A stretch of 64,000 nucleotides of DNA, from the NCBI GenBank assembly GCA_965247115.1, contig CBDFGR010000003.1, forward strand, positions 96,001 to 160,000, in the 5' to 3' direction. The stretch is from Myxococcota bacterium (GTDB taxonomy: Bacteria > Myxococcota_A > UBA9160 > SZUA-336). Of the stretch, positions 8,279 through 18,336 are shown piece after piece (the stretch's first letter is position 1; the number at the start of each line of letters is the position of its first letter). The translations under genes were made by a program, and so were the position numbers. Below the pieces are notes generated by a model. That model saw only the letters and a program-made list of their open reading frames with translations. It did not search any database and was not told where the DNA came from.

Positions 8279-11200
8279 CTACGCGTCGCTCGACGGTCGA
8301 CCGGCGTTCCGGGCGATGCGCCGCACCGCAGGCTCGGCATCGTCGACGTACCGGGCGAGAACACTCGCTGCCTCCTCGCCACCGAGCTGAGAGAGGGCGA
8401 GCGCCCCGGCCTTGCGCACGCCGGACTCCCAGCCGCGGCGCAGCGAGAACGGGCGGCGCGGCGCAAGGACCTTTGCCAGCGCCACGATTGCCACGGGGTC
8501 GTTGAGCTGACCGAGCGCCTGACAGCACGCGATCACCCGGTCCGGGTCCCTGGCGGTGCGCAGGATCTCCAGCACTTCGGCAACAGCCCCGCGAGGCTCG
8601 AGCTGCGCGAGACAGCGAATCGCCATCGCGGCTGGCCCTGCTTCGGGCCCTCGGGCCTGCTCTTGTACGATCTCCGTGATCTCGGGGGTCGCGACGCGCT
8701 CGGCCAGGCGAAGCGCCGCCATACGAACCTCCATCGCGCCGTCCGCGAGAGCACAGGCCAGCTCCGCGCCGACATCCGCCGTGACGCGATCGAGAACCTC
8801 GAGGATCCGAACCCGCTTCTCTCGGGCCGCCTCGAACGCAAAGGCACGCTTCAACACGGCCCCGGCGTCGTCTCCGCCCTGTGCCAGCAGCTTGGCAGCA
8901 ATCTGGCGGACTCTGCGGCTGTCTTCGCTCCGGATCACCTCCACGAGCAACGACTCGGCAGCGCCCCCGAGGGCGCCCAGCACACGGGTCGCCCCCTGCT
9001 GACGCTCGACGTCGGGAGAGCCGAAGTCGTCGAGGATGAGATCCCGTGTCGCTGCGTCGAGCTCGGGCCTGAGGACCTGCGCTAGAACCTGCGCCCGCAA
9101 GGGAGAGCTCTCGGACTCCGGCTCGAGATAGAGCGCGGAGAGCAGCTGGCACGCGAGTGCATACTCGCCGAACTCGATGGAGAGGGTCGACATCTGGCGC
9201 AGTGTCGCAACCATCATGCCCAGCGGGTCCGGCTGATCCTCTCCGGTGTACACCTCGAGAAGTGGGTCCGCAAGAAGCTTTGCAAAGATCGGTTGGGAGC
9301 CCGCAGGGAGAAGGCTGAGGGCCGTTCGGCAGGCGACGACTGTGTCCTCACGCAGGTCCGCATCTCGCACGGGGAAATTGTCAAAGACTCGCTCTACAAG
9401 CTCCGCGACGGCTGCAGGATCATCCGCGCGCAGGCACTGGGCCGCGCGCTCGGGCAGCGACTTCAGCAGGCTCGCAAGGTCGTGTGGATCCGTCTCGGTC
9501 TCCGCGTCGAGACACTCTTCCTGTCCGGAGTCAGACTCGACCTCCTTTTGTCCTTCGACGCCGATCTCTTCTCGAACCTCGTACAGAGTCTCATGTACAT
9601 GGATTTGTGTCAGATCTCGCTCGGAAGCAAAACGCGACCAGAAGAGCTCATCGGTAGCGAGCTCCGGAAGGTCGCGAAGGCCGGCAATGAAGGACGCGAC
9701 CTCACTCTCAGGGACGGGAGCGACGAAGGTCAGCCCCGCGAGCTTGACCGACGTCATGAAGTCGCGCAGGTCTGCCGTCAGCTTGTCGACGTCGGTCCCT
9801 CCGAGCCGCTGGCCGTTGACGAGGACTGCGTCGCCGGCCGTGGCGAGGCTCAGCGTCGGGTGGGCCTCCAGGACTCGTCCCAGCGCCTCTTCGAGCTGCT
9901 CGTGAGCGGCCCGGATCGCCCGACTGCGAATTGGGTAGAGTCGCACGCCGCGCGCCGCCCCGAGCAAGCAGCGGATCAGCTCCCGTATGTCGTTGCGCGA
10001 GTCGCTCTCGAAGGTGTCCTCGCCCTGCGGTGTCGGCGACGCCGGACGCGCAATCTCCGCCCCCTCCACAGCCGCGAAGCTGGCGCCCGTCTCCACTCTG
10101 GTGTAGCGGAGCTGCCGAAGCTCGATGTTCGTGATGCCGCATTCGACCAGGAAACGCTCCCAGAAGCGCGGGTCGATCTCCTCCGGCCGCGTGCGGGCAA
10201 ACGCCACGAGCAGGGGACCGAGCTCATGCTCGCCGACACCGGCGCGGAGCACGATGGCTCCGAGCTCTAGCCGACGCAGGATGTTGAGGAGCCCCTCTAC
10301 CACGAGCTCAGCCTCCCCCTCCAGGGGCTCGCCGTTGACCAGAATGCCGCGCTCGACCCGCCGAACGTCCAGCACCCCGACCCTCGCCAGCACTGCTTCG
10401 AGCACGCTCTGCAGCTCTGTCGTCGCCGAGATAATCGCGCTGCTCTCCGCGGGGTAGAGCCGCACGTTGTTCACCACGGTGAGCATCCAGCGCACGATGC
10501 TGGGCAGCTGGTTGCGGCTCTCCTCATCGAGCGCCGAGTACTCGGCCACGTCGTCGCCCGAGTAGAGGCTCGCCTCGTCGGCCAAAAACACGCCCTTGTC
10601 CCGCGCTCTCTGGATCTCTTCGTAGCTCTCGGCCTTCTGCTCGTTCGCGGAGCATTTGAAGTGGTAGGCCAGGATCGAGGCGGAGGGCATGAGCTCCCGC
10701 TCGTACAGGATCTCCTGAAATTTTCCCGCTCGCTCGTGCAGAGCCTGCCGCTCCGGCGTTTGGATGTTGCCGTAGACAATCTCCAGCACGCGGCGGCTGA
10801 TGAAGTGGATCGACTCGTCGTTGACCTCGAACTCGCTGTTGAGGATCCCCAGGCGCACCGCCTGATCGAGGAACTCGAAGACCCTCGCCTCCATCATCTC
10901 CGACGTTCCGGCCAGCGCGCTCAGCTGCACGTTCTCGCCGATCACGCACGCCTGCGCGAGCAGCTGCTGACCCTCCTCGTCGAGGATCGCGACCTTCTCG
11001 GCGATGACCTGCTCGAGCGAGCGAGGGAGCTCGTTCCTCCGCATGGGTCGGATCACCCACTGCTGGCCCACAAGCGCGATCTTCTGCTCCATCACGAGCT
11101 TGCGGAGCACCTCGACCAGGAACAGCGGGTTGCCCTTTACGATCTCGCACAGCTGTGACTCGAAGCCCTCGGGGATCTCGATCGAGGGAAACACGCTCTG

Positions 11201-12469
11201 CAGGTGGGATGTGATGTCCGACGGCGTCAGCGGCGTGAGAGCGATCTGCTCCAGGCCGAGCTCTTCTCGCTGACGTTCCAGGAAACGCTCCAGGGGAAGA
11301 TCGTCCGAGATGGCCTCGGTCGAGGTGGCGCACACGAAGAGAGGAACCTCGGCCCGGTTCATGAGCACACGAAGCAGGTTGAGCGTCGCCTCATCGGCGA
11401 AGTGCAGATCGTCGATCAGCACGACGAGAGGTCGGAAGTCAACGACCCGGAAAATGAGCAGGAGCAACGTGTTGAAGATGAACTCCCGACGCAGTCCCTG
11501 CTCGTGCCCAGTGTCAGAATCCCTGGCTCCACCGAGCTGCGGCAGGATCCGCGACACGCAGGCGAACTGCTCCTCACTCAGGCCCTCCATCACCGAGAGG
11601 CCTTTGTCGGAGCGCTGACTCATGAGGCCGACGAGCACGTCCGAGGCCAGATAGTAGGGCCGGAACAGCTCCTCCGGCCGACCGCGCACGCTCACGATCT
11701 TGCCGACGGAGCTCGCGTCGAGATGCGGTCGGATTTCTTCCAGGAGCGTACTCTTGCCGAGACCTGGACCCCCGCGTATGACGAGGAACTGACTCTCCCG
11801 CAGGGCAAAGCGCTCCAGGCTCGCGGCAACCCGCTCGAGCTGCGACCGGCGTCCGGCGATCTCGGCGCCCCCCAGCAGATGCAGTGCGGTCCTCTCGACG
11901 GGCTGCTGCAGGTTGGCCGCATCGGCCACCACGTGGCGGCCCCGACCCTGCGCCTTCGCCGCGTACAGGGCCGCATCGGCACGTCGGATCAGGCTCGTGG
12001 CGTCGCGGGCATGCTCCGGCGCCGTCGCAATGCCGATGCTGAAGCAGAGCTGGATCTCCTGTCCAGCGGTGGCGCGAAACACCTGCTGTCGGGAGCGTTC
12101 GTGGAGCCGCTCCGCCAGCTCCACGGCCTCGGGGCAACCCCCCTGGGGCATCAGCACGATGAACTCGTCACCCGCGTAGCGGACCGGCAGGGCGTGCGGC
12201 CCGCCCTCTTCGCGCAGCTGCTCCGCCAGCCACACCAGTGCCTGGTCACCGACTTCGTGGCCGTAGGTGTCGTTGATCTCCTTGAAGTCGTCGAGGTCGA
12301 TGAGAAGGAGAGACAGGCGGCAGTTCTCCCGGCCCCACTCCACCTTGTGTTCGAGGTAGTTTCGCAGGAAGCGACGGTTGGAGATCCCCGTTAGCTCGTC
12401 CTCAAAGATCAGACGAGCCGGGTCCTTCCCCGTGTGCTCCAGGAGGTTTAGGAGATCTTCGTACTGCAT
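8279..12469 (-). CDS. Multidomain diguanylate cyclase: GGDEF, STAND-like P-loop ATPase, two LYP-type domains, HEAT repeats
   Basis: DELTGISNRR, DLDDFKEINDTYGHEVGD, RYAGDEF, ADAALYAAKAQGR. Walker A GGPGLGKST, Walker B VVLIDDLH, GNPLF. C-terminal HEAT-like repeats. Confidence 0.85.
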   Translation of the reverse strand: MQYEDLLNLLEHTGKDPARLIFEDELTGISNRRFLRNYLEHKVEWGRENCRLSLLLIDLDDFKEINDTYGHEVGDQALVWLAEQLREEGGPHALPVRYAGDEFIVLMPQGGCPEAVELAERLHERSRQQVFRATAGQEIQLCFSIGIATAPEHARDATSLIRRADAALYAAKAQGRGRHVVADAANLQQPVERTALHLLGGAEIAGRRSQLERVAASLERFALRESQFLVIRGGPGLGKSTLLEEIRPHLDASSVGKIVSVRGRPEELFRPYYLASDVLVGLMSQRSDKGLSVMEGLSEEQFACVSRILPQLGGARDSDTGHEQGLRREFIFNTLLLLIFRVVDFRPLVVLIDDLHFADEATLNLLRVLMNRAEVPLFVCATSTEAISDDLPLERFLERQREELGLEQIALTPLTPSDITSHLQSVFPSIEIPEGFESQLCEIVKGNPLFLVEVLRKLVMEQKIALVGQQWVIRPMRRNELPRSLEQVIAEKVAILDEEGQQLLAQACVIGENVQLSALAGTSEMMEARVFEFLDQAVRLGILNSEFEVNDESIHFISRRVLEIVYGNIQTPERQALHERAGKFQEILYERELMPSASILAYHFKCSANEQKAESYEEIQRARDKGVFLADEASLYSGDDVAEYSALDEESRNQLPSIVRWMLTVVNNVRLYPAESSAIISATTELQSVLEAVLARVGVLDVRRVERGILVNGEPLEGEAELVVEGLLNILRRLELGAIVLRAGVGEHELGPLLVAFARTRPEEIDPRFWERFLVECGITNIELRQLRYTRVETGASFAAVEGAEIARPASPTPQGEDTFESDSRNDIRELIRCLLGAARGVRLYPIRSRAIRAAHEQLEEALGRVLEAHPTLSLATAGDAVLVNGQRLGGTDVDKLTADLRDFMTSVKLAGLTFVAPVPESEVASFIAGLRDLPELATDELFWSRFASERDLTQIHVHETLYEVREEIGVEGQKEVESDSGQEECLDAETETDPHDLASLLKSLPERAAQCLRADDPAAVAELVERVFDNFPVRDADLREDTVVACRTALSLLPAGSQPIFAKLLADPLLEVYTGEDQPDPLGMMVATLRQMSTLSIEFGEYALACQLLSALYLEPESESSPLRAQVLAQVLRPELDAATRDLILDDFGSPDVERQQGATRVLGALGGAAESLLVEVIRSEDSRRVRQIAAKLLAQGGDDAGAVLKRAFAFEAAREKRVRILEVLDRVTADVGAELACALADGAMEVRMAALRLAERVATPEITEIVQEQARGPEAGPAAMAIRCLAQLEPRGAVAEVLEILRTARDPDRVIACCQALGQLNDPVAIVALAKVLAPRRPFSLRRGWESGVRKAGALALSQLGGEEAASVLARYVDDAEPAVRRIARNAGRPSSDA

Positions 12470-12659
12470 CGCACCGGGGGGGAGCTGTCCCGCTAGGGAG
12501 ATCGGCTCCGGGCTGGCCCGACTGTAGGTTGCCCGGCGACGCGCGAGTCCTCGAAACGCCACGAGGGTCCGCTTCCGCGCGCGCGCGGTGGCGCAGCTGA
12601 CCTATCCGGTCGCCACCCGATGCCTGCCCCTCACCGATCTGGTGGTGTACCTTGCCGGC

Positions 12660-13997
12660 ATGAACGCGGAACGTCTAAGCCGATTCCCCTTCGTGCAGAC
12701 CCCTGGCGCAACGCCCCTCGCGATCGATCACGCCGAGGGGGCCTATCTCATCACCGCCGACGGGCAGCGCATTCTGGACGCTGCGGGCGGCGCCATCGTC
12801 GCGAACATCGGCCACGGCCGACGCGAGGTGGCGGAGGCGATCGCCGAGGCCACCGAGCGCTCGAGCTACGTTGTGCCGACCTGGGTGACGCCGAGTCGAA
12901 TGCGACTCGTCGAGCGCCTGCTCGACCACTGGCTCCCGAGCGGCCTCGAGCGCGTGCTGCTCGTGAGCGGCGGATCCGAGGCCATGGATGCCGCGATCCG
13001 GATCGCCCGCCAGCATCAACGCGCGTGCGGACGCGAGGGTCGCCACAAGGTCATCGGTCGCGAGCTCTCCTATCACGGCACGACGGTGGCGACGCTGGCA
13101 GTCGGGGGCCACGAGAAGCGACGCTCGGACTTCGCGCCGCTGCTCTACTCGCACCCGAAAGCCCCGGCGTGCTACTGCCTGCGCTGCCCCTTCGACCGCA
13201 GCTATCCCGAGTGCGGCGTCGCCTGCGCGGACGAGCTCGAGCAGATCATCGCGCGTGAGGGCGCGGAGAGCATCGCCGCCTTTGTGGCGGAGCCAATCAG
13301 CGGCAGCGGCGCCGGGGCACTCGTTCCGCCCGCAGAGTACTGGCCTCGCATCTCCGAGATCTGCAGGCGCCACGACATCCTGTTGATCGCCGATGAGGTG
13401 ATGACGGGATTCGGTCGCACGGGCCGCCGCTTCGCGGTGGAGCATTGGGATCTCGAGCCCGACCTCCTGATCTCGGGCAAGGGTCTCTCCGGCGGCTACG
13501 CACCGATCTGCGGGATCTTCGCTCGCTCCGAGGTCGTCGACCCGATTGCCGAGCAGGGCCTGGAGGTCATGTTCTACACCTACGGGGCTCACTCGGGCGC
13601 CTGTGCAGGCGCCGACAAGGTGCTCGAGATCATGCAGCGCGAGTCCCTCGTGGAGCGGGCCGCCGAGGTCGGAGAGAAGCTCTCGAAGCACCTCGACGGT
13701 CTGCGCGAGCACCCACACGTCGGGGACATCCGCGGTCAGGGCCTGCTCTGGGCCATCGAGCTCGTGCATGATCGCGACACGCTCGAGCCGTTCCCGGCCG
13801 AGGCTCGCCTGAATGCGAAGGTGGTCGCTTCGGGGCTGTCTCAGGGTGTCTTCTTCTATCCCGGAGGAACCGGGATCGCGCGCGACATCATCGTGCTCGG
13901 CCCTCCGTTCACGATCGGCGACACCGAGCTGGATCTCATCGCGGAAGTGCTGCCCCGAGCGATCGATGAGGCAGTCGCGCGAGTGGGCAGCCACTAG
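12660..13997 (+). CDS. Class III PLP-dependent aminotransferase
   Basis: SGGSEA, SYHG, FVAEPI, LIADEVMTGFGRTG, PDLLISGKGLSGGY. Confidence 0.92.
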   Translation: MNAERLSRFPFVQTPGATPLAIDHAEGAYLITADGQRILDAAGGAIVANIGHGRREVAEAIAEATERSSYVVPTWVTPSRMRLVERLLDHWLPSGLERVLLVSGGSEAMDAAIRIARQHQRACGREGRHKVIGRELSYHGTTVATLAVGGHEKRRSDFAPLLYSHPKAPACYCLRCPFDRSYPECGVACADELEQIIAREGAESIAAFVAEPISGSGAGALVPPAEYWPRISEICRRHDILLIADEVMTGFGRTGRRFAVEHWDLEPDLLISGKGLSGGYAPICGIFARSEVVDPIAEQGLEVMFYTYGAHSGACAGADKVLEIMQRESLVERAAEVGEKLSKHLDGLREHPHVGDIRGQGLLWAIELVHDRDTLEPFPAEARLNAKVVASGLSQGVFFYPGGTGIARDIIVLGPPFTIGDTELDLIAEVLPRAIDEAVARVGSH

Positions 13998-14188
13998 CCG
14001 AGACCGAACAACCGTCGCGCCCGGGCCGCGCAACGCCGGGTCGACCGCGGAACTGGTTTGCCCGGACTGAGAAGCGCGCTTCACACCTCGGCGGCAACGT
14101 TCGCGCAGCAAGCGCGCAGCTCCGCTTGCATCCTCGCGGAGTGCGTCCCCGTGACTTCCGGGGCCTGAAACTTGCACCGGCTCCGGAC

Positions 14189-15412
14189 ATGCGCCCCCTC
14201 ATCGCGACCCTACTCTGCGGCCTGCTTCTCGGATGCGGACTCGGCTACAGCAAGGGACAGGTGGACCGCCGGCCCGAGCGCGCTCTCGGCGTAGGGGCCC
14301 GCGTCATCTATCCCGGCGAGACCTCGCCTGCCCTCGGAATGCCCGGCAGTGGCAGCTCCCAGAGCAGCAGCAGCTCATCAGGGGGACAGCAGTCCGGCTC
14401 CAGCACGAGCTCAGGAAGCTCGAGCTCTCCCGCGGAAGAGAACCTGACGATGATCGGCGGACACTCCGGCAGCGCCCAGGAAGAGCAGACGTCGAAGGAG
14501 GGTCCCGCCTTCCTACCACTCCTTGGCTACCCCTTCTGGTTCCTGGGCAAGTCGATCAGGGAGAAGGCGGATCGAGCGGTCGAGCGCGAAGCGAACACGG
14601 AGCAGCAGAAGCAGACCCCCGAGCTGGCGCCAGCGCAGACCCCCGACGATGCCGAGCGCGCGCGTCTCAGACGCGAGAACGAGCAGCTGCGAGACCAGCT
14701 CCGACACTCACACGAGAGCGCAAGTGAGCCGCGAGAGAGTCGACTCTCTATTGCCGACGAGCTCGCCGCCCTCGAGAGCTCGCTTGCTCCGGCGCCGCAC
14801 CCGACGCCGGCCCCGCGGTCTTCCCAGGAGACTGGACTCTCGCTTCCCGAATCGGTCGATCGCAACGCAGATGGCCGCGCGGACCTCTGGTCCTACAGCG
14901 AGTCCGGCGGGCGCGTTCGGGAAGCGCTCGACGATGACCACGACGGGCGCGTGGACAAGATCCTGAGCTATGACGCGGAGCGCCGACTGCAGAAGAGCGA
15001 GGAGGACCTGGACCGCGACGGGGTGATGGAGACCGTCACTCTGTTCCAGAACGGCCACATCGTTCGTCGGCGGACCGACTCGGATGGCGACGGGCAGATG
15101 GATGCCTGGAGCTTCTACCGTGCCGGGGAGCTGGAACGCCACGAGATCGACCGCGACGCAGACGGGTTCAGAGACCTGGTGCTGAGCTACCGCGACGGCG
15201 AGCTCTCGCGCGAAGAAGAGGACAGGAACAGCGATGGTCGACCGGATAACGTCACCCTGTACAGCGATGGGGAGATCGCGACGACTCGCGAGGATCTGGA
15301 TTACGACGGCGTGACGGACATTGAGTCCACGTACGAACGGGGCAAGCTCGTCCGCCGTGATCTGAACAGCGCGACCGGCCTCGAGAACTGGGGGGCTGAG
15401 GTCGAGCAGTGA
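14189..15412 (+). CDS. Lipoprotein with Ser-rich linker, coiled coil and seven DxDxDG-type repeats
   Basis: Lipobox LLLGC. Repeats DRNADG, DDDHDG, DLDRDG, DSDGDG, DRDADG, DRNSDG and DLDYDG at about 22-23 aa spacing. Confidence 0.75.
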   Translation: MRPLIATLLCGLLLGCGLGYSKGQVDRRPERALGVGARVIYPGETSPALGMPGSGSSQSSSSSSGGQQSGSSTSSGSSSSPAEENLTMIGGHSGSAQEEQTSKEGPAFLPLLGYPFWFLGKSIREKADRAVEREANTEQQKQTPELAPAQTPDDAERARLRRENEQLRDQLRHSHESASEPRESRLSIADELAALESSLAPAPHPTPAPRSSQETGLSLPESVDRNADGRADLWSYSESGGRVREALDDDHDGRVDKILSYDAERRLQKSEEDLDRDGVMETVTLFQNGHIVRRRTDSDGDGQMDAWSFYRAGELERHEIDRDADGFRDLVLSYRDGELSREEEDRNSDGRPDNVTLYSDGEIATTREDLDYDGVTDIESTYERGKLVRRDLNSATGLENWGAEVEQ

Positions 15413-15894
15413 TTTCCCCACTGCTTCGAGTCGTGACGAGCTTTGCGCTGGGCTTCGGGAGCGTCGTCTGCTCGACGACCGGAGCGCTCTCCGCTCTGAC
15501 CGGACCCGACGCCGAGCTCGTGCAGCGCGTGAACGAGCTCCGCGCCAGCCACCACCTGATTCCGCTGCGCGGCTCGCCGGAGCTGGGCCGCGTGGCGCGC
15601 GCGCACGCGGAAGACATGGCCCGTCGGGACTACCTCTCTCACGTCAACCCCGCGGGTCTCGACCCGCTCGGCCGTGTGCGTGCGGCCGGAGTGGACGGCT
15701 TTCGCCTGCTGGCGGAGAACATCGCAGCCTCGAACGTGGAGGGCGATCGCACCTCGGTTGCGATTGCCGAGTGGCTGCAGTCGGAGAGCCACCGCGAGAA
15801 CCTGCTGAACCCCGCCTTCAACACTACGGGCGTCGCTGTGGTGGACGCGCCGGGAAACCGCACGCTGTTCGTTCAGCTCTTCGCGACGTTCTAG
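15409..15894 (+). CDS. CAP (SCP/PR-1) domain secreted protein
   Basis: VNELRA, ARAHAEDMA..YLSH, AENIA, WLQSESHRENLL. GTGA overlap with the upstream gene. Confidence 0.9.
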   Translation: MISPLLRVVTSFALGFGSVVCSTTGALSALTGPDAELVQRVNELRASHHLIPLRGSPELGRVARAHAEDMARRDYLSHVNPAGLDPLGRVRAAGVDGFRLLAENIAASNVEGDRTSVAIAEWLQSESHRENLLNPAFNTTGVAVVDAPGNRTLFVQLFATF

Positions 15895-16757
15895 GAAGAG
15901 GACCCGGACTCGGGAGCCAGCGTCGCAGCGACGGGAGCCAGGGTCGCAGCGACGCTGCGATCGTTCCACCAGAGCTCCATCGACTCCGCCGGGTCGAACG
16001 CCGTCGGGACGATCAGATACCCGAGCGCCAGGCCGCGGGCGGGAATGGCGCCAGCAGAGCCGACGAGCAGGCCCAGCTCGCGCGGGTCTTCGGGGTCCGG
16101 CCGGAAGGTGCGAGAGCCCTGAACCACGAAGAAGTTGGGATGGAACTCGGCTTGCTCGCCCGGCGCGCTGACGACAAACGCGATCACGCGCCGCTCTTCC
16201 GGGTCGAGACTCAGGGACGCGAGCAGGATCGACTCGAAGGCCGGAGAGTACGCCAGCAGGATGCGCAGTCTCTCCCCCCCGCGAAGATCCTCGAGCGTGA
16301 GCTGGGCGCTGGCGACCTGCTGTCGCATCTGGACAAGCCGGACCAGGTCGCGGAGCTCCCCCTCGTCGAACCGGAGTGCGGACACCGGGGGCGCCGGCGG
16401 CGCGGCCGACTGCGGGACTCGCGTGGTACGGGTGGCGGTGCTTGGCTCGGCTGCGGGCCGCGGGGCCCGGGCCTCACGGATTTTCTCCGCAGCCTCCAGC
16501 AGGTTGTAGGGGTTGTTCGGATCCCTGGCCCCCTGATCGACATACCAGGTATAGGGCCGCGGCAGGAGCTGTGGCCGGATCGGAGGAAGATCGGCCGGGT
16601 CCACGAGCTTGGCCCGCGCACACGGCACGCTCTCCATGGTCTGCACGATGAAGAAGCTGCCGTCCGGGCAGACTCCGCTCAGGGATTCCGCCTGCGCCAG
16701 CGTCCCGCACACCCCTCCCAGGACGAGAACGAGGGTCGTGAAGCCGAGCCGTGTCAT
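15891..16757 (-). CDS. Secreted hypothetical protein
   Basis: Signal peptide, Cys pair (GVCPDGS...VPC), GC-rich codon pattern, C-terminal VAATLAP duplication. Confidence 0.65.
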   Translation of the reverse strand: MTRLGFTTLVLVLGGVCGTLAQAESLSGVCPDGSFFIVQTMESVPCARAKLVDPADLPPIRPQLLPRPYTWYVDQGARDPNNPYNLLEAAEKIREARAPRPAAEPSTATRTTRVPQSAAPPAPPVSALRFDEGELRDLVRLVQMRQQVASAQLTLEDLRGGERLRILLAYSPAFESILLASLSLDPEERRVIAFVVSAPGEQAEFHPNFFVVQGSRTFRPDPEDPRELGLLVGSAGAIPARGLALGYLIVPTAFDPAESMELWWNDRSVAATLAPVAATLAPESGSSS

Positions 16758-16895
16758 GCCCACAGTATACTCGAACGGACGACTCTAAGTATCTGAATTC
16801 AGGAGGATTCTGCTCCTTGGTCTCTTTCCTTGTGGGCTGCTGAGTTGCGCTCGACACTGCCGCTTCCCTGCCTGCCTTCCCACCCCGGCCATCGT

Positions 16896-17690
16896 TCAGG
16901 AGCGGCGAGGCCTCCTCCCTTTGGCTCGCGCCACCATGCGCTCGAGAGCCTGCGTTTCGGCAGGTCGCAGGCGACGCGATTCGCCCGGCTTGAGGCTTCC
17001 GAGTCGAAGTGGGCCAAAGCGGATCCGTAGCAAGCGCCGCACCGGATGATCGAGCGCTCGCATCATCTCGCGGATCTGGCGCCGGCGCCCTTCGATCAGC
17101 GTGATCTCGACCACGCTCCGAGCGGGCGCGGCCGACAATACCCGTACATCGCAGGGTGCCGTCTGGCGCCCGTCGAGCTCGATCCCGGCCGAGATCTGCT
17201 GGGCCTCCGCGCCGCTGAGCTCGCCCTCCACGCTCACCCGATAGGTACGGGGAACCTCAAAGGACGGGTGGAGCAGAGCCTGCGTCAGCTCCCCATCGTT
17301 GGTGAGGAGCAGCAGACCCTCACTGGGGGCGTCCAACCGCCCGACGGGAAACAGGCGCTCGCGGGACGACACCAGGTCGAGCACCGTCTTCGTCGCGTGC
17401 GGATCCCGCGTCGTGCTCACGACGCCGCGCGGCTTGTAGACGAGATAGCTCTGGCGCCTGCTCTTGCCAGCGACGCGCCGACCGTCGACGAGGATGCGGT
17501 CGCGCTGCGGATGGGCGCGGGTACCGAGCTCGGTGACCACGCGGCCGTTCACCCGCACACGACCCTCGCGGATGAGAGCCTCCGCGGCGCGCCGGGACGC
17601 GATGCCAGCGGCGGCAAGGATCTTCTGGAGCCGCTCCTCGCGCTTGCGGGCTTCAGGCCGGGGGGTCGTTTTGCGAGTCCGGCTGGACAC
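16896..17690 (-). CDS. rluB: rRNA pseudouridine synthase with S4 domain (RluB-type)
   Basis: ERLQKILAAAGIASRR, YKPRG, PVGRLD..SEGLLLLTNDG. Follows scpB. Start approximate. Confidence 0.88.
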   Translation of the reverse strand: MSSRTRKTTPRPEARKREERLQKILAAAGIASRRAAEALIREGRVRVNGRVVTELGTRAHPQRDRILVDGRRVAGKSRRQSYLVYKPRGVVSTTRDPHATKTVLDLVSSRERLFPVGRLDAPSEGLLLLTNDGELTQALLHPSFEVPRTYRVSVEGELSGAEAQQISAGIELDGRQTAPCDVRVLSAAPARSVVEITLIEGRRRQIREMMRALDHPVRRLLRIRFGPLRLGSLKPGESRRLRPAETQALERMVARAKGRRPRRS

Positions 17691-18327
17691 GGTCACTCCC
17701 GACGACACCCGGCGCCTCCTCTGCCGGGCTTGTGTTCGACAGCTCCGCTCCGCCGGCACGGGCGGCCGCGCCGAGATCGACGACCGTCCCGTCCTCCTCG
17801 ACCATCGCGTGCGCTTCGCGCAGATCCGGGAGGTCCCGAAGCGAGCGCAGGCCGAAGGTCTCCAGGAAGTGGGAGCTCGAGCCGTACAGGCTCGGGCGAC
17901 CGGGAACGTCCCTGCGTCCAACGATCCGCACCAGGTCCCGTTCGAGCAGCGTCCTGAGCACCGCTCCGCAATCCACGCAGCGCAGGTCCTCGAGCTCCGC
18001 CCGCGTGAGCGGTTGCCGATAGGCGACAACCGCGAGCGTCTCGAGCGCCGCGCGCGAGAGTCGCACTCTTCGCTCCGGTCTCGCGGCTCGGATCACGGCG
18101 CCGTACTCGGGCCGGGTCCGGAACTGGTAGCCGCCGTTCACCTCGACGATCTCGTACGGACGCCCCTGGTCCAGGAGCGTCGTGTTGATGGAAGCCACGA
18201 TCCGCCCCAGCTCGAGTCCGGAAAGCTTTGGGAAGACCTTGCGAAGCCGTGCGGTGGTCGAAGGCCGATCGCCTGCGAAGATCAGCGCCTCGATCGCGCT
18301 CGCCATGCTCTCGGCGTCCCGTTCCAA
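17653..18327 (-). CDS. scpB: SMC-Scp complex subunit ScpB
   Basis: IEALIF, LSRAALETLAVVAYRQP, PGRPSLY, FLETFGL..LRDLP. Confidence 0.93.
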   Translation of the reverse strand: MERDAESMASAIEALIFAGDRPSTTARLRKVFPKLSGLELGRIVASINTTLLDQGRPYEIVEVNGGYQFRTRPEYGAVIRAARPERRVRLSRAALETLAVVAYRQPLTRAELEDLRCVDCGAVLRTLLERDLVRIVGRRDVPGRPSLYGSSSHFLETFGLRSLRDLPDLREAHAMVEEDGTVVDLGAAARAGGAELSNTSPAEEAPGVVGSDRVQPDSQNDPPA

Positions 18328-18336
18328 GCGACCCCC

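Noticed and set aside
14161..14176. Sigma-54-like GGGCCT-N5-TTGCA before the repeat lipoprotein
   Set aside because: Spacing is correct but the -24 match is weak, so evidence is insufficient.
15911..15953. 21-bp tandem duplication (VAATLAP twice)
   Set aside because: Simple in-frame slippage at a protein C-terminus with no further significance evident.
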